From the IMG/VR virus record IMGVR_UViG_2756170264_000002, positions 1,506 through 65,505 of that record: 64,000 nt of DNA. The stretch is one strand, 5' to 3'. Source of the DNA: a virus. The position numbers and the translations under genes were made by a program. This document shows, piece after piece, positions 37,604 to 46,607 of this stretch; the first letter of the stretch is position 1, and each line of letters starts with the position of its first letter. The notes beneath the pieces are model-generated. The model was not told where the DNA came from. It made no database searches and was given only the letters and a program-made list of their open reading frames with translations.

Positions 37604-37811
37604 AATTTATGGAATATGCAGAAATGTTCTAAAAATAACAGATGAGGAAATTGCAGAAGTTAAAGAAGTATATGAGGAACAATTAAATTATATATCACCT
37701 CTCAAGATGGCTACTACAGGTAAACAGCGTGAGTTAGGGGAACATAATAAACAAGTATTAGAAAAACTTTTAGAGCTTAAAGTTATACTGGAAAACGGAG
37801 CACAAAATTAA
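37593..37811 (+). CDS. Hypothetical protein
   Basis: AGGAGG RBS. Confidence 0.65.
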   Translation: MQNKIYGICRNVLKITDEEIAEVKEVYEEQLNYISPLKMATTGKQRELGEHNKQVLEKLLELKVILENGAQN

Positions 37812-37865
37812 TTATTACAAAGAGCGGAACTATTAATATATTTATTATTTTTTTATAGCATTGAG

Positions 37866-38456
37866 GTGAGTAAGAGTATGAGTAATACAAAGAGTAGTGG
37901 TATTGAAGATAATATAAAAGACATTGTTAAGAGTACAGTTAAAAACCCTAATCCTGTTAATATGTCTATTAAAGAAACTGATTCAGAGAAAGCAAAGATT
38001 AAAGCGGATCTATTTAACCGTCTATGGAATATCACAAGTAAGAGAGGCGTACCAAAGTTTGAGAGTACGGAAGAAGCTGCCTTTTTGATTGAAGAGTATT
38101 TCAAGGACTGTGCAGAAGCCAACCTTAGACCGACTATAAGAGGACTAGCTGCAAGCCTTGGAACTGTCTATAGTACTCTTAATGACTGGGAGAATGGAGC
38201 AAGAGACGGAAAACTGGGTAATGCTTATTCGGCATTGATTAAAAAAGCCAAGCAATTTATAGCGGAATATGATGAACTTTTGGCAGTAGAAGGAGTGGAT
38301 AATCCAATCCTTTACATGTTTCGAGCAAAGAACTATTATGGCATGCAGGATAAGCAGGATATCACGATTACACCAAATAATAACCTAGAAGCAGGTCATA
38401 CACCTGACGAGATAGCAAAACAGATTGAGAGCGACATACCAATTGACATGGAATAA
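37866..38456 (+). CDS. terS: Terminase small subunit (P22 gp3-like DNA-packaging protein)
   Basis: IEEYFKDC..PTIRGLAASLG..TLNDWENG..IKKAKQFI..MFRAKNYYGMQDKQDI. Confidence 0.75.
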   Translation: MSKSMSNTKSSGIEDNIKDIVKSTVKNPNPVNMSIKETDSEKAKIKADLFNRLWNITSKRGVPKFESTEEAAFLIEEYFKDCAEANLRPTIRGLAASLGTVYSTLNDWENGARDGKLGNAYSALIKKAKQFIAEYDELLAVEGVDNPILYMFRAKNYYGMQDKQDITITPNNNLEAGHTPDEIAKQIESDIPIDME

Positions 38457-38504
38457 GGCATTAAAATAGCACCAAGCGAATGCCTGATGCTTTGGAGTTA
38501 GTGC

Positions 38505-39065
38505 TTAGTTGTTTGTTTCGTGTTCCTTGATAAGTTTATCCAGTGTTGGGCGAGTGATATTAAGTTCAGTGGCTAATTGAACCTTGTTAATTTCACGGTT
38601 CTTATATCGCTTGTACTGTTCGTCAAAGCCTTGTATTTCTTTAGCTTGCCGTCCTTTGAATTTGCCTTGTAACTTAGCTATTGCGATTCCCTCACGCTGA
38701 CGCTCCAACAAGTTTGTACGCTCAAATTCGTTGATAGCACCAATCATTGTAAGCATAAGTTTTCCAGTTGGTGTACTGGTGTCAAGATTTTCTTTGTTGC
38801 TTACAAGATTAACACCTTTTGCATTAAGCATCTCGACTATGTCAAGCAAGTCCTTAGTGCTACGAGCAAGACGGCTAAAGTCATGTACATAGATTGAATC
38901 ACCCTCACGAGCGAACTCTAACATAGCCTGCAACTGTATGCGCTTGGTGTCCTTAGCTGATACCTTTTCCGTAAACCATTTATCAATATTATGTTTGTTT
39001 AAAGCTTCAACCTGTCGTGCTTCGTTTTGTTCTACTGTAGATACTCTAACATATGCGATATTCAT
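38505..39065 (-). CDS. Serine recombinase (resolvase/invertase family)
   Basis: AYVRVST catalytic Ser, HDFSRLARS, ERQREGIAIAK..GKFKGR, C-terminal HTH. Confidence 0.93.
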   Translation of the reverse strand: MNIAYVRVSTVEQNEARQVEALNKHNIDKWFTEKVSAKDTKRIQLQAMLEFAREGDSIYVHDFSRLARSTKDLLDIVEMLNAKGVNLVSNKENLDTSTPTGKLMLTMIGAINEFERTNLLERQREGIAIAKLQGKFKGRQAKEIQGFDEQYKRYKNREINKVQLATELNITRPTLDKLIKEHETNN

Positions 39066-39112
39066 TATATCAATCCTTTCCGTATGTGTTTGTTATGGAT
39101 ATTATAACATAA

Positions 39113-39182
39113 TGTAAAGTATAAGTCTATAACTACGTTTACAAAATGTAAAATAAACATGTAAAACAACCTATATTTTACA
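39113..39182. promoter_or_regulatory. Candidate res-type binding sites upstream of resolvase
   Basis: TGTAAA..TTTACA inverted pairs at 39113-39143 and 39160-39182, extra TGTAAA at 39147. Confidence 0.45.
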
Positions 39183-39369
39183 ATAAATGAAGTGTTTCAA
39201 GTGTTAAATTAGAGTAGGGTCTATTTTTGCAACAAAGCATAAAGTATTTTTACAGAAAGACCGGTACGGGGGTCTGTGTGGAAAGTGCCGCAGAGGGGTA
39301 GTGAGTCCCCGAAATTCCCCCCAAAAACAAAAAGACCTTTTCTAGCCAAACAACAGAAAGTAGGTATCT

Positions 39370-39648
39370 ATGAAAACAGAATATGAATTTACTGAAAATC
39401 AAAAATCCAGACTAGCATTTTTATACAGTACAAGAGATTTATTTTTTAGTGAATTGCAAAAAGCATATTACACAGAGGGAAAAGATAACAACTTTGAATA
39501 CATAAAATTACTGAATGAAAAATTAATGCTTGTTTCTGCTGAAATCACTGAAATATATGTATTAGCTCCAACAAGATGTTTAATGACCAAAGAAGAATAT
39601 GAGAGTTTTACAAAATTGAAGATGGTAAAGGGGTACAAGAAATTATGA
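39370..39648 (+). CDS. Hypothetical protein
   Basis: AGGT RBS. Confidence 0.6.
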   Translation: MKTEYEFTENQKSRLAFLYSTRDLFFSELQKAYYTEGKDNNFEYIKLLNEKLMLVSAEITEIYVLAPTRCLMTKEEYESFTKLKMVKGYKKL

Positions 39649-39970
39649 ATAAATGTGTTTGCGACATATGCGGAATAGAAATCCAAAAAGGCATTTTAAA
39701 ATCAAAGAACGAAAGCTTATGACCGACTGCACAAATGTTTTACCAATAATCAGTTGGGTAAAGGTTGATATATGCGATAAATGTTTTAACAATTTAGTTC
39801 AGCTTAGATACGAGGGCGATTTAATAAAACGTATTGAAGACCTGTCATATCACTATGATGAAAAATATCCGAATGATGTAGATATGCAGTCAGCTTATTT
39901 GCAAGGTATACAAGATTGTATTGATATATTGCTGCCAACTAAGCTAAAAGATATATTGCGAAAGGAGTGA
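39645..39970 (+). CDS. Zinc-finger hypothetical protein, probable frameshift near 39675
   Basis: MNKCVCDICG in one frame, ..CDKC.. in the ORF-track frame. Confidence 0.5.
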
Positions 39971-39975
39971 CCAGC

Positions 39976-40206
39976 ATGGGTGAAAATATAGACAAAATGA
40001 AAATTTGTTTAATCAGCGAAACAGGAGAAGAAATTGAACTTTCAGGAATACCGGAACTAACACTAAACTCAAATGATACCGAAGCGACTAGCAATAAAGA
40101 TTTCGAAATGCCGTCAAGTAGTTGTGAAGTTAGTCTAAATATTAAGCCTAGATCACATGTAAGGCTATGGCTTGCCCTTATTGGATTCCCAACATCAAAT
40201 AACTAG
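39976..40206 (+). CDS. Hypothetical protein
   Basis: AAAGGAG RBS. Confidence 0.55.
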   Translation: MGENIDKMKICLISETGEEIELSGIPELTLNSNDTEATSNKDFEMPSSSCEVSLNIKPRSHVRLWLALIGFPTSNN

Positions 40207-40252
40207 AGAAAGATTCATGGCGGTGTAATGGATAGAAGGGGCGTGTAGAGTA

Positions 40253-40606
40253 TTGAATAAAATTGAACAACTTAAGCCGTTAACCATTGGAATCCTTGGA
40301 TATAACACAGACTTATCATTCAGGGGTTTACATGATTTAGCCTGTGACAATGAGGAACAGGTCGAACAGCATAAAAAAGAGTTTTTAAAACTTGCAGATG
40401 AGACCAAGATAATCCCTATCACAAATACTAACTTATTAAGCTCTCGTCGTGCGGTACGTATCGACCAGTTAATTTTGTTTGATGATGATAGGTGGCTGAT
40501 TGAAAGTAATAAGGCTGAAAATATTTTGAAAATAAAACGTTTTCTTCTATGCCACTCATGTGTGCCGGAAGAATATCAGATTTTGAAATATGAGGACGTG
40601 TTCTAA
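40253..40606 (+). CDS. Hypothetical protein
   Basis: ORF in operon orientation. Confidence 0.6.
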   Translation: MNKIEQLKPLTIGILGYNTDLSFRGLHDLACDNEEQVEQHKKEFLKLADETKIIPITNTNLLSSRRAVRIDQLILFDDDRWLIESNKAENILKIKRFLLCHSCVPEEYQILKYEDVF

Positions 40607-40918
40607 ACTTTCTCAAAAAATAAAAAAGGAGCTGACACCATGACAAATAAAAAATGCTTTGAAAAACATTTTCATGCAAGACAAGGAATTTGTCTGGCAG
40701 AGAGATATCAAAATAAACTATTTTCAGTTGCAGTCTAAGAAGATTATTGCCATGAGTGCGGCAAGGTTCGTGATAAATGGTTTATATTTTGGAACTTTAG
40801 ATTTCTGAAGTTATTTAAAAAGCGGCAATCAGTATCTTTGAATTTCGATAGCGATTTGCCATATAACTAACCGTATCGAATTGCACACGGTTAAATTTGA
40901 GAATGGAGGTAGTTCTAA

Positions 40919-41329
40919 GTGGATAAAGTTTATGGAATTGGAACTGGCGAATATTCAGATTGGAATATAGTAGGATTTTTTACGGATAAATTACAGGCAG
41001 AAAAATATTGCCAATTTATGAATGATAAATATCCACACGAGAATTACGAAGTTTGCGAATTGGAAAACCTCAATGAAAATATTGACTTATCATTGATATA
41101 TCCTAAATATACATTTACGTTTAATGGAAAATTCAATGACTACTGGGAAAATGTACAAGGCAGTTTAGCTGTAAATGGAGAAAAAAACGAAGTTAGAGAA
41201 AATAAAAATGGATATGCAGACAATAAATATATGATTAAAGTTGTCACAACTGAAAAGGACCGTAATAAAGCTGCTAAGATAGCACAAGATATGTTCGCAA
41301 AATATAAAGCTGAAAAAGCTGGTTTGTAA
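40919..41329 (+). CDS. Hypothetical protein
   Basis: GGAGGT RBS, GTG start. Confidence 0.7.
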   Translation: MDKVYGIGTGEYSDWNIVGFFTDKLQAEKYCQFMNDKYPHENYEVCELENLNENIDLSLIYPKYTFTFNGKFNDYWENVQGSLAVNGEKNEVRENKNGYADNKYMIKVVTTEKDRNKAAKIAQDMFAKYKAEKAGL

Positions 41330-41391
41330 ATTAAAGGGGGTCGAAATCCACTCCTTTATAATATCAAGTGGATACATAGGAGGGAAAAGCA

Positions 41392-41976
41392 ATGAAAATA
41401 TTTTTTGATACAGAATTTACAGGATTACATAAAAATACTACGCTGATTAGTATTGGATTGATTTCGGAAGATAGAAGACAGTTCTACGCAGAATTAATTG
41501 ATTACAATGAAAATCATTGCGATACATGGATAAAAGAAAATGTGATTAAGCATTTGAGAAAGACTGACTGGAGGGAAAAAAGAGGGACATATATTCCAAA
41601 TTATCATATTGGTGCAAAACAGGAAATTGGGAAATCATTAGATAATTGGTTAGTCCAGTTTGAAGAGGTAGAGTTAGTGTCTGATGTTTGCCATTACGAT
41701 ATGGTTTTGCTAATAGATTTATTTGCAACAGCTTTCAATATGCCAAATAATGTTGCTCATGCTTGCTATGATATTAATCAAGATATCGCAAGAAAGTATG
41801 GAATTTCCATGAAAGAAGCTTTTGATAAGTCAAGAGAGGATATTTTGTATCAGCATTACAAAGAAAATAAAGTACAAGGTGATAAGCACAATGCTTTATA
41901 TGACGCAAAGGTTATTCGTGAATTGTATCAGATTCTCAACGATGTAGATTTTGAGAAAATACATAGACTGGGGTGA
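41392..41976 (+). CDS. DEDD-type 3'-5' exo(ribo)nuclease
   Basis: KIFFDTEFTG, LISIGL, YD, KHNALYDA. Confidence 0.85.
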   Translation: MKIFFDTEFTGLHKNTTLISIGLISEDRRQFYAELIDYNENHCDTWIKENVIKHLRKTDWREKRGTYIPNYHIGAKQEIGKSLDNWLVQFEEVELVSDVCHYDMVLLIDLFATAFNMPNNVAHACYDINQDIARKYGISMKEAFDKSREDILYQHYKENKVQGDKHNALYDAKVIRELYQILNDVDFEKIHRLG

Positions 41977-41977
41977 T

Positions 41978-42142
41978 TTTATGAAGTTAATAGCAATATC
42001 AGTAACAATTTTAAATATTATACTTGCACTGTTGTACATATGGTTTGGAAATTCGAAGGATTGTAAGAATAATCAACATTGGTTTTTCTACTCACTGGCA
42101 GTTCTTACACTTATAAACACATATTTGATATGGTGGTATTGA
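41978..42142 (+). CDS. Small membrane protein
   Basis: Two hydrophobic segments. Confidence 0.55.
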   Translation, partial: FMKLIAISVTILNIILALLYIWFGNSKDCKNNQHWFFYSLAVLTLINTYLIWWY

Positions 42143-42156
42143 AAAGGGGAAATTAA

Positions 42157-42342
42157 ATGCGGTTAAGTAATTGTACTTTTATTGTTAAAGTTGGAAACAA
42201 GTATTTAGAATTTGATACGCACGAAATAACAGAATTACATATTGAGCAAAAACGAGTTTCAATTTGTTACTTGCAGGATAATTCAAGAGGTTCTTTAAGC
42301 GTTGGGTTTGAAGATTTTGAAATAAGACAAGAGGAGAGTTAG
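42157..42342 (+). CDS. Hypothetical protein
   Basis: AAGGGG RBS. Confidence 0.55.
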   Translation: MRLSNCTFIVKVGNKYLEFDTHEITELHIEQKRVSICYLQDNSRGSLSVGFEDFEIRQEES

Positions 42343-42346
42343 GATA

Positions 42347-42892
42347 ATGAAAAATGGAAAAATGATATTGATATCAATTGCAGGAGTTTTGGTCGTAATA
42401 CTTATGTGTGTATTTGCGGTCAACGGAGTTCAAAACAGGGCAATTTCACTTGAAGAGCAGATAAAGACGGCAGATTCAGATATTAAGGTACAAGAAAAAA
42501 GACGTGTCGATTTGCTTTATAACTTAGTTGATACTGTAAAAGAATATGATAAGCACGAATACAGCACACTGAAAGACGTTGTGGATGCTAGGGGTTCCAG
42601 TGATGGAGATATTTCAGAAGTTACAACTTTGATTGCGGCCACAGCTGAAGCTTATCCGGATTTGAAATCAAGTGATAATTATAAGCAGCTAATGAATGAA
42701 CTGAGTATAACGGAAAATATGATTGCAGAGTATCGGAGTAATTATAATAAGCAGATTAAAGAATATAACAGATATGTTCGTAAATTTCCTAATAATCAAT
42801 TTTTGAGTATGCTTGATTATGAAAGTGTTGTTTATACATATTTGCAATACGATGTTTCAGACGATGCACCACAAGATTTATTTGAGGATTAA
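42347..42892 (+). CDS. LemA-family protein
   Basis: N-terminal TM; RRVDLLYNLV, AEAYPDLKSSDNYKQLM.ELS.TEN.IA..R..YN. Confidence 0.85.
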   Translation: MKNGKMILISIAGVLVVILMCVFAVNGVQNRAISLEEQIKTADSDIKVQEKRRVDLLYNLVDTVKEYDKHEYSTLKDVVDARGSSDGDISEVTTLIAATAEAYPDLKSSDNYKQLMNELSITENMIAEYRSNYNKQIKEYNRYVRKFPNNQFLSMLDYESVVYTYLQYDVSDDAPQDLFED

Positions 42893-42895
42893 GTT

Positions 42896-43612
42896 ATGGA
42901 GATAACAAAGCGAGAAATTGTAGTGAGTATTTCGATTATTGCTATTATGTTAGTAATTGGATTTTGGATAAGCTCTAAAATTTCTGACTATGAATTAGAT
43001 GAAAATGAGAAATATAATAAATCACTAAAGATTGAATCAAACGATTTGTTTCAGTATGGAATGGAAACTAATGTTGGTAATGCTTTTGTTTATGGAGATT
43101 TTGAAGCAGTTGACACAGTATCTTATCCTGAAATAACAGGAGAATATTTGTATCTTGAGAAAGTAAAAGAAAAATATACAAAACATACAAGAATTGTTCA
43201 TCACTCAAATGGTAAAACATCATGGACAACAACTGAAACATATTGGACTTGGGATAGAGTTGATTCAGAAAATATTCACTCAAATAGAATTAAGTTTCTT
43301 GGTGTTGAATTTGATTATAACAAGATTAAAACTCCTGATTCTAAATATATAAAAACTGTTAAAGAATCGAAATATATAAGATATAAGTTATATGGTTGTC
43401 AAACAAAATATACAGGAACGATTTTTACACAACTAAAAGATAATACAATATCTGACAATTCAAAGTTTTATGATAATATGTCAATTCAGGAAACAGTAAA
43501 GTATTTGGAAGTTAGAGTTGGAACAATATTATTTTGGATAGCATGGATTATGTTAATGACATGTTTGGTATCTGGATTCTATTATTTAGATAACAATTGG
43601 TTAAATAAATAA
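42896..43612 (+). CDS. Membrane protein (two TM, large extracellular domain), LemA partner
   Basis: Hydrophobic termini; follows lemA-like gene. Confidence 0.7.
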   Translation: MEITKREIVVSISIIAIMLVIGFWISSKISDYELDENEKYNKSLKIESNDLFQYGMETNVGNAFVYGDFEAVDTVSYPEITGEYLYLEKVKEKYTKHTRIVHHSNGKTSWTTTETYWTWDRVDSENIHSNRIKFLGVEFDYNKIKTPDSKYIKTVKESKYIRYKLYGCQTKYTGTIFTQLKDNTISDNSKFYDNMSIQETVKYLEVRVGTILFWIAWIMLMTCLVSGFYYLDNNWLNK

Positions 43613-43618
43613 AGTGAT

Positions 43619-43665
43619 GCCGTGTACTAAATTACGGCGCATGGGTTCGAATCCCATTCTTTCCG
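43619..43665 (+). other. 3'-half tRNA-like remnant (long variable arm, T-arm, acceptor strand)
   Basis: GCCGT-N10-ACGGC hairpin, ATGGG-TTCGAAT-CCCAT T-arm, TCTTTCCG; no 5' half found. Confidence 0.55.
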
Positions 43666-43685
43666 TTAAAAGGGGGATTGTTAAA

Positions 43686-43910
43686 ATGAGTGATACATAC
43701 AAGGCAATTTATAAATGTTGTTTATGTGGTAAGAAATTTCCACTTCCAAAGATAGAAATATATTCAGATAACATTGAAAAGATTATTTCGGATTTTCAAT
43801 TAAGATCATATGCTAGTGGAAGAAATTACCTGCTACATCTAACAGAAAAACATCGTTGTAAGGATGGCTCACTTGGATTTGCTGATTTTCAAGGATTTAA
43901 GAAAGAGTGA
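43686..43910 (+). CDS. Small zinc-finger hypothetical protein
   Basis: YKCCLCGK...HRCKDG. Confidence 0.6.
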   Translation: MSDTYKAIYKCCLCGKKFPLPKIEIYSDNIEKIISDFQLRSYASGRNYLLHLTEKHRCKDGSLGFADFQGFKKE

Positions 43911-43914
43911 TGAT

Positions 43915-44100
43915 ATGGATATAATAGAATTTGCGAAAAGAGTTTGTCCTAATCAAGAGTTGAATAAGTTTCAAAAAGAGATATTGTTGAAATATCAAAA
44001 AGCAAAAGAAGAAAATAAAGAACTTATTCTTTGTTTTTCAAGATGTATTGGAAGAACAATGGTAATGAAAATCATTGATGAATTTCACAATCATAATTAA
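43915..44100 (+). CDS. Hypothetical protein
   Basis: ORF preceding terminase. Confidence 0.55.
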   Translation: MDIIEFAKRVCPNQELNKFQKEILLKYQKAKEENKELILCFSRCIGRTMVMKIIDEFHNHN

Positions 44101-44146
44101 ATAACTATTGAGCGCCTATGAGTGCCATTTTAAAAGGGTGGTATTT

Positions 44147-45802
44147 ATGGGCGATATAGAAAAAAATAGACAAATAATTGAAAAATTACATAAGATTGAT
44201 CTAAGCCAATACAAGAATCTTAGCATGCTTATGGACATGTGTATAGCGGTAAAGAATGATGATTTAGAACTTGCTATTAAAGAATCTAAGTTTGTAAAAA
44301 GACAGGCCGCAATTGGTTCCCGAAAAGATGTTAGATTCATGGATTTGTATTATAAGTCACTTTTGCTATTGGCTCCCTATGATTTTGATAGTTATTGTAT
44401 TTACTTGGAGAAAAATAGGGAGTCTAAGGAACGATTTTATTTGCCAAGAAGAAAAACTTTAAAAGTATTGGTAGATAAATTGCAGGCACTTGCAGATGAT
44501 GAACTTGACGAATTGTTTATTCATATGCCTGGTAGAGTCGGAAAGACTCAATTAGTTACAGAATTTCTTTGTTGGTATTCAAGTCGATTCCCTGAAAAGA
44601 GCAACTTATATTGTTCCTACGCAGATAGTGTTGCAGGTGCATTTTATGACGGTTGTTTAGAGCTAATGTCAGACCCAACATACCTACATAAAGAAATATT
44701 CCCAGACTTTAAAATAGTTGGTACAGATTCAAAAGGAAATATGATTGATGTTGGCAGAAAGAAAAAATACAAGAGTATTACCGCAAAGGGTTTAACATCA
44801 GGGCTAAATGGTTTGTGTGACTGTAATGGAATTGAAATTGGTGATGATTTGTTAGAGGGTATTCAAGATGCAATGAATCCCGAAATTTTGAAAAGGAAAC
44901 AAGCCATTGTTGACAATAACTATATTCCAAGAGCAAAATCAGGAGCGAAAAGGTTGTGGATGGGAACAATATGGAGCTTGCAAGATCCATATTCAAATAG
45001 AATTGAGTTCTTAACAAATGATAAAAGCGCGCAATATATACGGTGGGAAGTTGTAAAAATTCCGGCTTTAGATGAAAATGAAGAAAGCAATTTTGATTAT
45101 GATTACAATGTTGGATTTAATACAGAGCATTATAAGCAAATCAGAGCTAAGTTTGAAAGAAACGAAGATACGGCCAGTTGGTTAGCACAGTATCAGCAAG
45201 AACCAATTGAAAGAGCAGGTGCATTATTTACACCGGAATTTATGAGATTTTACAATGGTGTTCTTCCTGCAGGGGAACCAGATAATATTGTTGCAGCGTG
45301 TGACATTGCTTTTGGTGGTCCCGACTTCTTGGCATTTGGAATTTTATATATTTATGGAGAGGAAAAGTATCTTGTTGATTGTATTTTTGATAACAGTGAA
45401 AAGAATATTACTCAACCTCGAATTGTTCAGATGATTTTAAAACATCAAGTTAAGCGTAGTTTTTGGGAATATAACAACGGTGGTGAGGGTTTTAAAGATG
45501 ATATAGAAAGGCTCTTAAAGGAAAAAGGCTATAGGCACAACATGATAGGTTCCTATGCTCCAACTACAAAGAGTAAGCAAAATAGAATTATGGATAGGGC
45601 GCCAGAAATCAGAGATATTTACTTTTTGAAAGATAGTAAGAGAGATAAGGATTACTCAAAACTTATGAGTAATGTTTATTCCTATAAGGTTTTAGGAAAA
45701 AATCCGCATGAAGATGGACCTGATATGCTGGCATACTTATGTAGCTATGCAGATTCAACGCCAAGCGTAGCAATTATTATGAAAAACCCATATGCAAGAT
45801 AG
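44147..45802 (+). CDS. terL: Terminase large subunit
   Basis: HMPGRVGKT Walker A, IGDD Walker B, LAQYQQEP, C-terminal nuclease CDIAFGG..D and HEDGPD. Confidence 0.93.
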   Translation: MGDIEKNRQIIEKLHKIDLSQYKNLSMLMDMCIAVKNDDLELAIKESKFVKRQAAIGSRKDVRFMDLYYKSLLLLAPYDFDSYCIYLEKNRESKERFYLPRRKTLKVLVDKLQALADDELDELFIHMPGRVGKTQLVTEFLCWYSSRFPEKSNLYCSYADSVAGAFYDGCLELMSDPTYLHKEIFPDFKIVGTDSKGNMIDVGRKKKYKSITAKGLTSGLNGLCDCNGIEIGDDLLEGIQDAMNPEILKRKQAIVDNNYIPRAKSGAKRLWMGTIWSLQDPYSNRIEFLTNDKSAQYIRWEVVKIPALDENEESNFDYDYNVGFNTEHYKQIRAKFERNEDTASWLAQYQQEPIERAGALFTPEFMRFYNGVLPAGEPDNIVAACDIAFGGPDFLAFGILYIYGEEKYLVDCIFDNSEKNITQPRIVQMILKHQVKRSFWEYNNGGEGFKDDIERLLKEKGYRHNMIGSYAPTTKSKQNRIMDRAPEIRDIYFLKDSKRDKDYSKLMSNVYSYKVLGKNPHEDGPDMLAYLCSYADSTPSVAIIMKNPYAR

Positions 45803-45817
45803 ATTAAAGGAGAGCGA

Positions 45818-46279
45818 TTGATTATGAATATTACATCAGAATATTTAGCACAGTATACATATTTGGAATCGCAAATTAAGAGGCTGAGGCGGAAATATGA
45901 ATATTATAAAAAGAATCCCATTAAGTCAGAATACGGTGTTGTAACTGGTTCAATGCCCAATTTTCCATATGCGCAATGTCACTTTGTTGTGACAGGACCA
46001 AATATAAAATCAGACGAAGAAAGACAAAAAATAATTAGCCAGCTTCTAATTGACATTAAGGGAAATGAGCGGTTATATGAGGATATGAAGCTTGAAATTG
46101 AACTGTTTTTAGAGGGTATTGCTGATTTGGAGATGAAAACTATAATGCAAATGAAATATATTGATAATATGTCAATGGAAAAAATCGGAGAAGAATTAAA
46201 TTATGATAAGAGCAGTATTTCAAGAAAAATAGATAAGTTTTTGAAGTCAATAGAAGATGCAACACATGCAACAAGGTAA
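45818..46279 (+). CDS. ArpU/RinA-like late transcriptional regulator (sigma-4-like HTH)
   Basis: C-terminal MKYIDNMSMEKIGEELNYDKSSISRKI. Confidence 0.7.
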   Translation: MIMNITSEYLAQYTYLESQIKRLRRKYEYYKKNPIKSEYGVVTGSMPNFPYAQCHFVVTGPNIKSDEERQKIISQLLIDIKGNERLYEDMKLEIELFLEGIADLEMKTIMQMKYIDNMSMEKIGEELNYDKSSISRKIDKFLKSIEDATHATR

Positions 46280-46345
46280 TATGTTAATATGATATCGTAG
46301 ATAAGTTTCATAAAATGTACTTTCCTTTCAGATTATGGTGCGAAT

Positions 46346-46377
46346 GAGTCGTTTACTAAATGTAGGCGGCTCTTTTT
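46346..46377 (+). terminator. Intrinsic terminator
   Basis: GAGTCGTTTAC-taaat-GTAGGCGGCTC then TTTTT. Confidence 0.7.
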
Positions 46378-46402
46378 GCGTGTCAATAAATGAGGTGACG
46401 GA

Positions 46403-46600
46403 ATGTCAAAAAAGAAAATGAAAGAAATAAGATGCCCTGTTTGCAGTAAAAAATTATGCTACACAAATGGGGATTTAGAAATTAAATGTACTCGTAGCGG
46501 TTGCGGTGTAATCGTGTCATTCAAATATGATAATGACGATTACAAAAGTCGTAAAGAGCCGCCGCGTTCAACGATTAGCGGCAAAACATTTTTCTATTAG
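46403..46600 (+). CDS. Mu Com-like zinc-finger protein
   Basis: EIRCPVCSKKL...EIKCTRSGC. Confidence 0.7.
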   Translation: MSKKKMKEIRCPVCSKKLCYTNGDLEIKCTRSGCGVIVSFKYDNDDYKSRKEPPRSTISGKTFFY

Positions 46601-46607
46601 GTGGTGA

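Noticed and set aside
34197-39065. Nested PICI/satellite (regulators + rep + terS + recombinase)
   Set aside because: No att ends or integrase found, and this terS is the only one available for the main phage; kept only as the second-initiator finding
39259-39322. G/C-run tract after the resolvase as pac/cos site
   Set aside because: Compositionally striking but no diagnostic feature; needs virion-end sequencing
40638-40870. Fragmentary ORFs between 40606 and 40919
   Set aside because: Multiple stops in candidate frames; no consistent product
41336-41353. GGGGTCGAAATCC as a tRNA T-arm
   Set aside because: No acceptor or anticodon arms and weak stem
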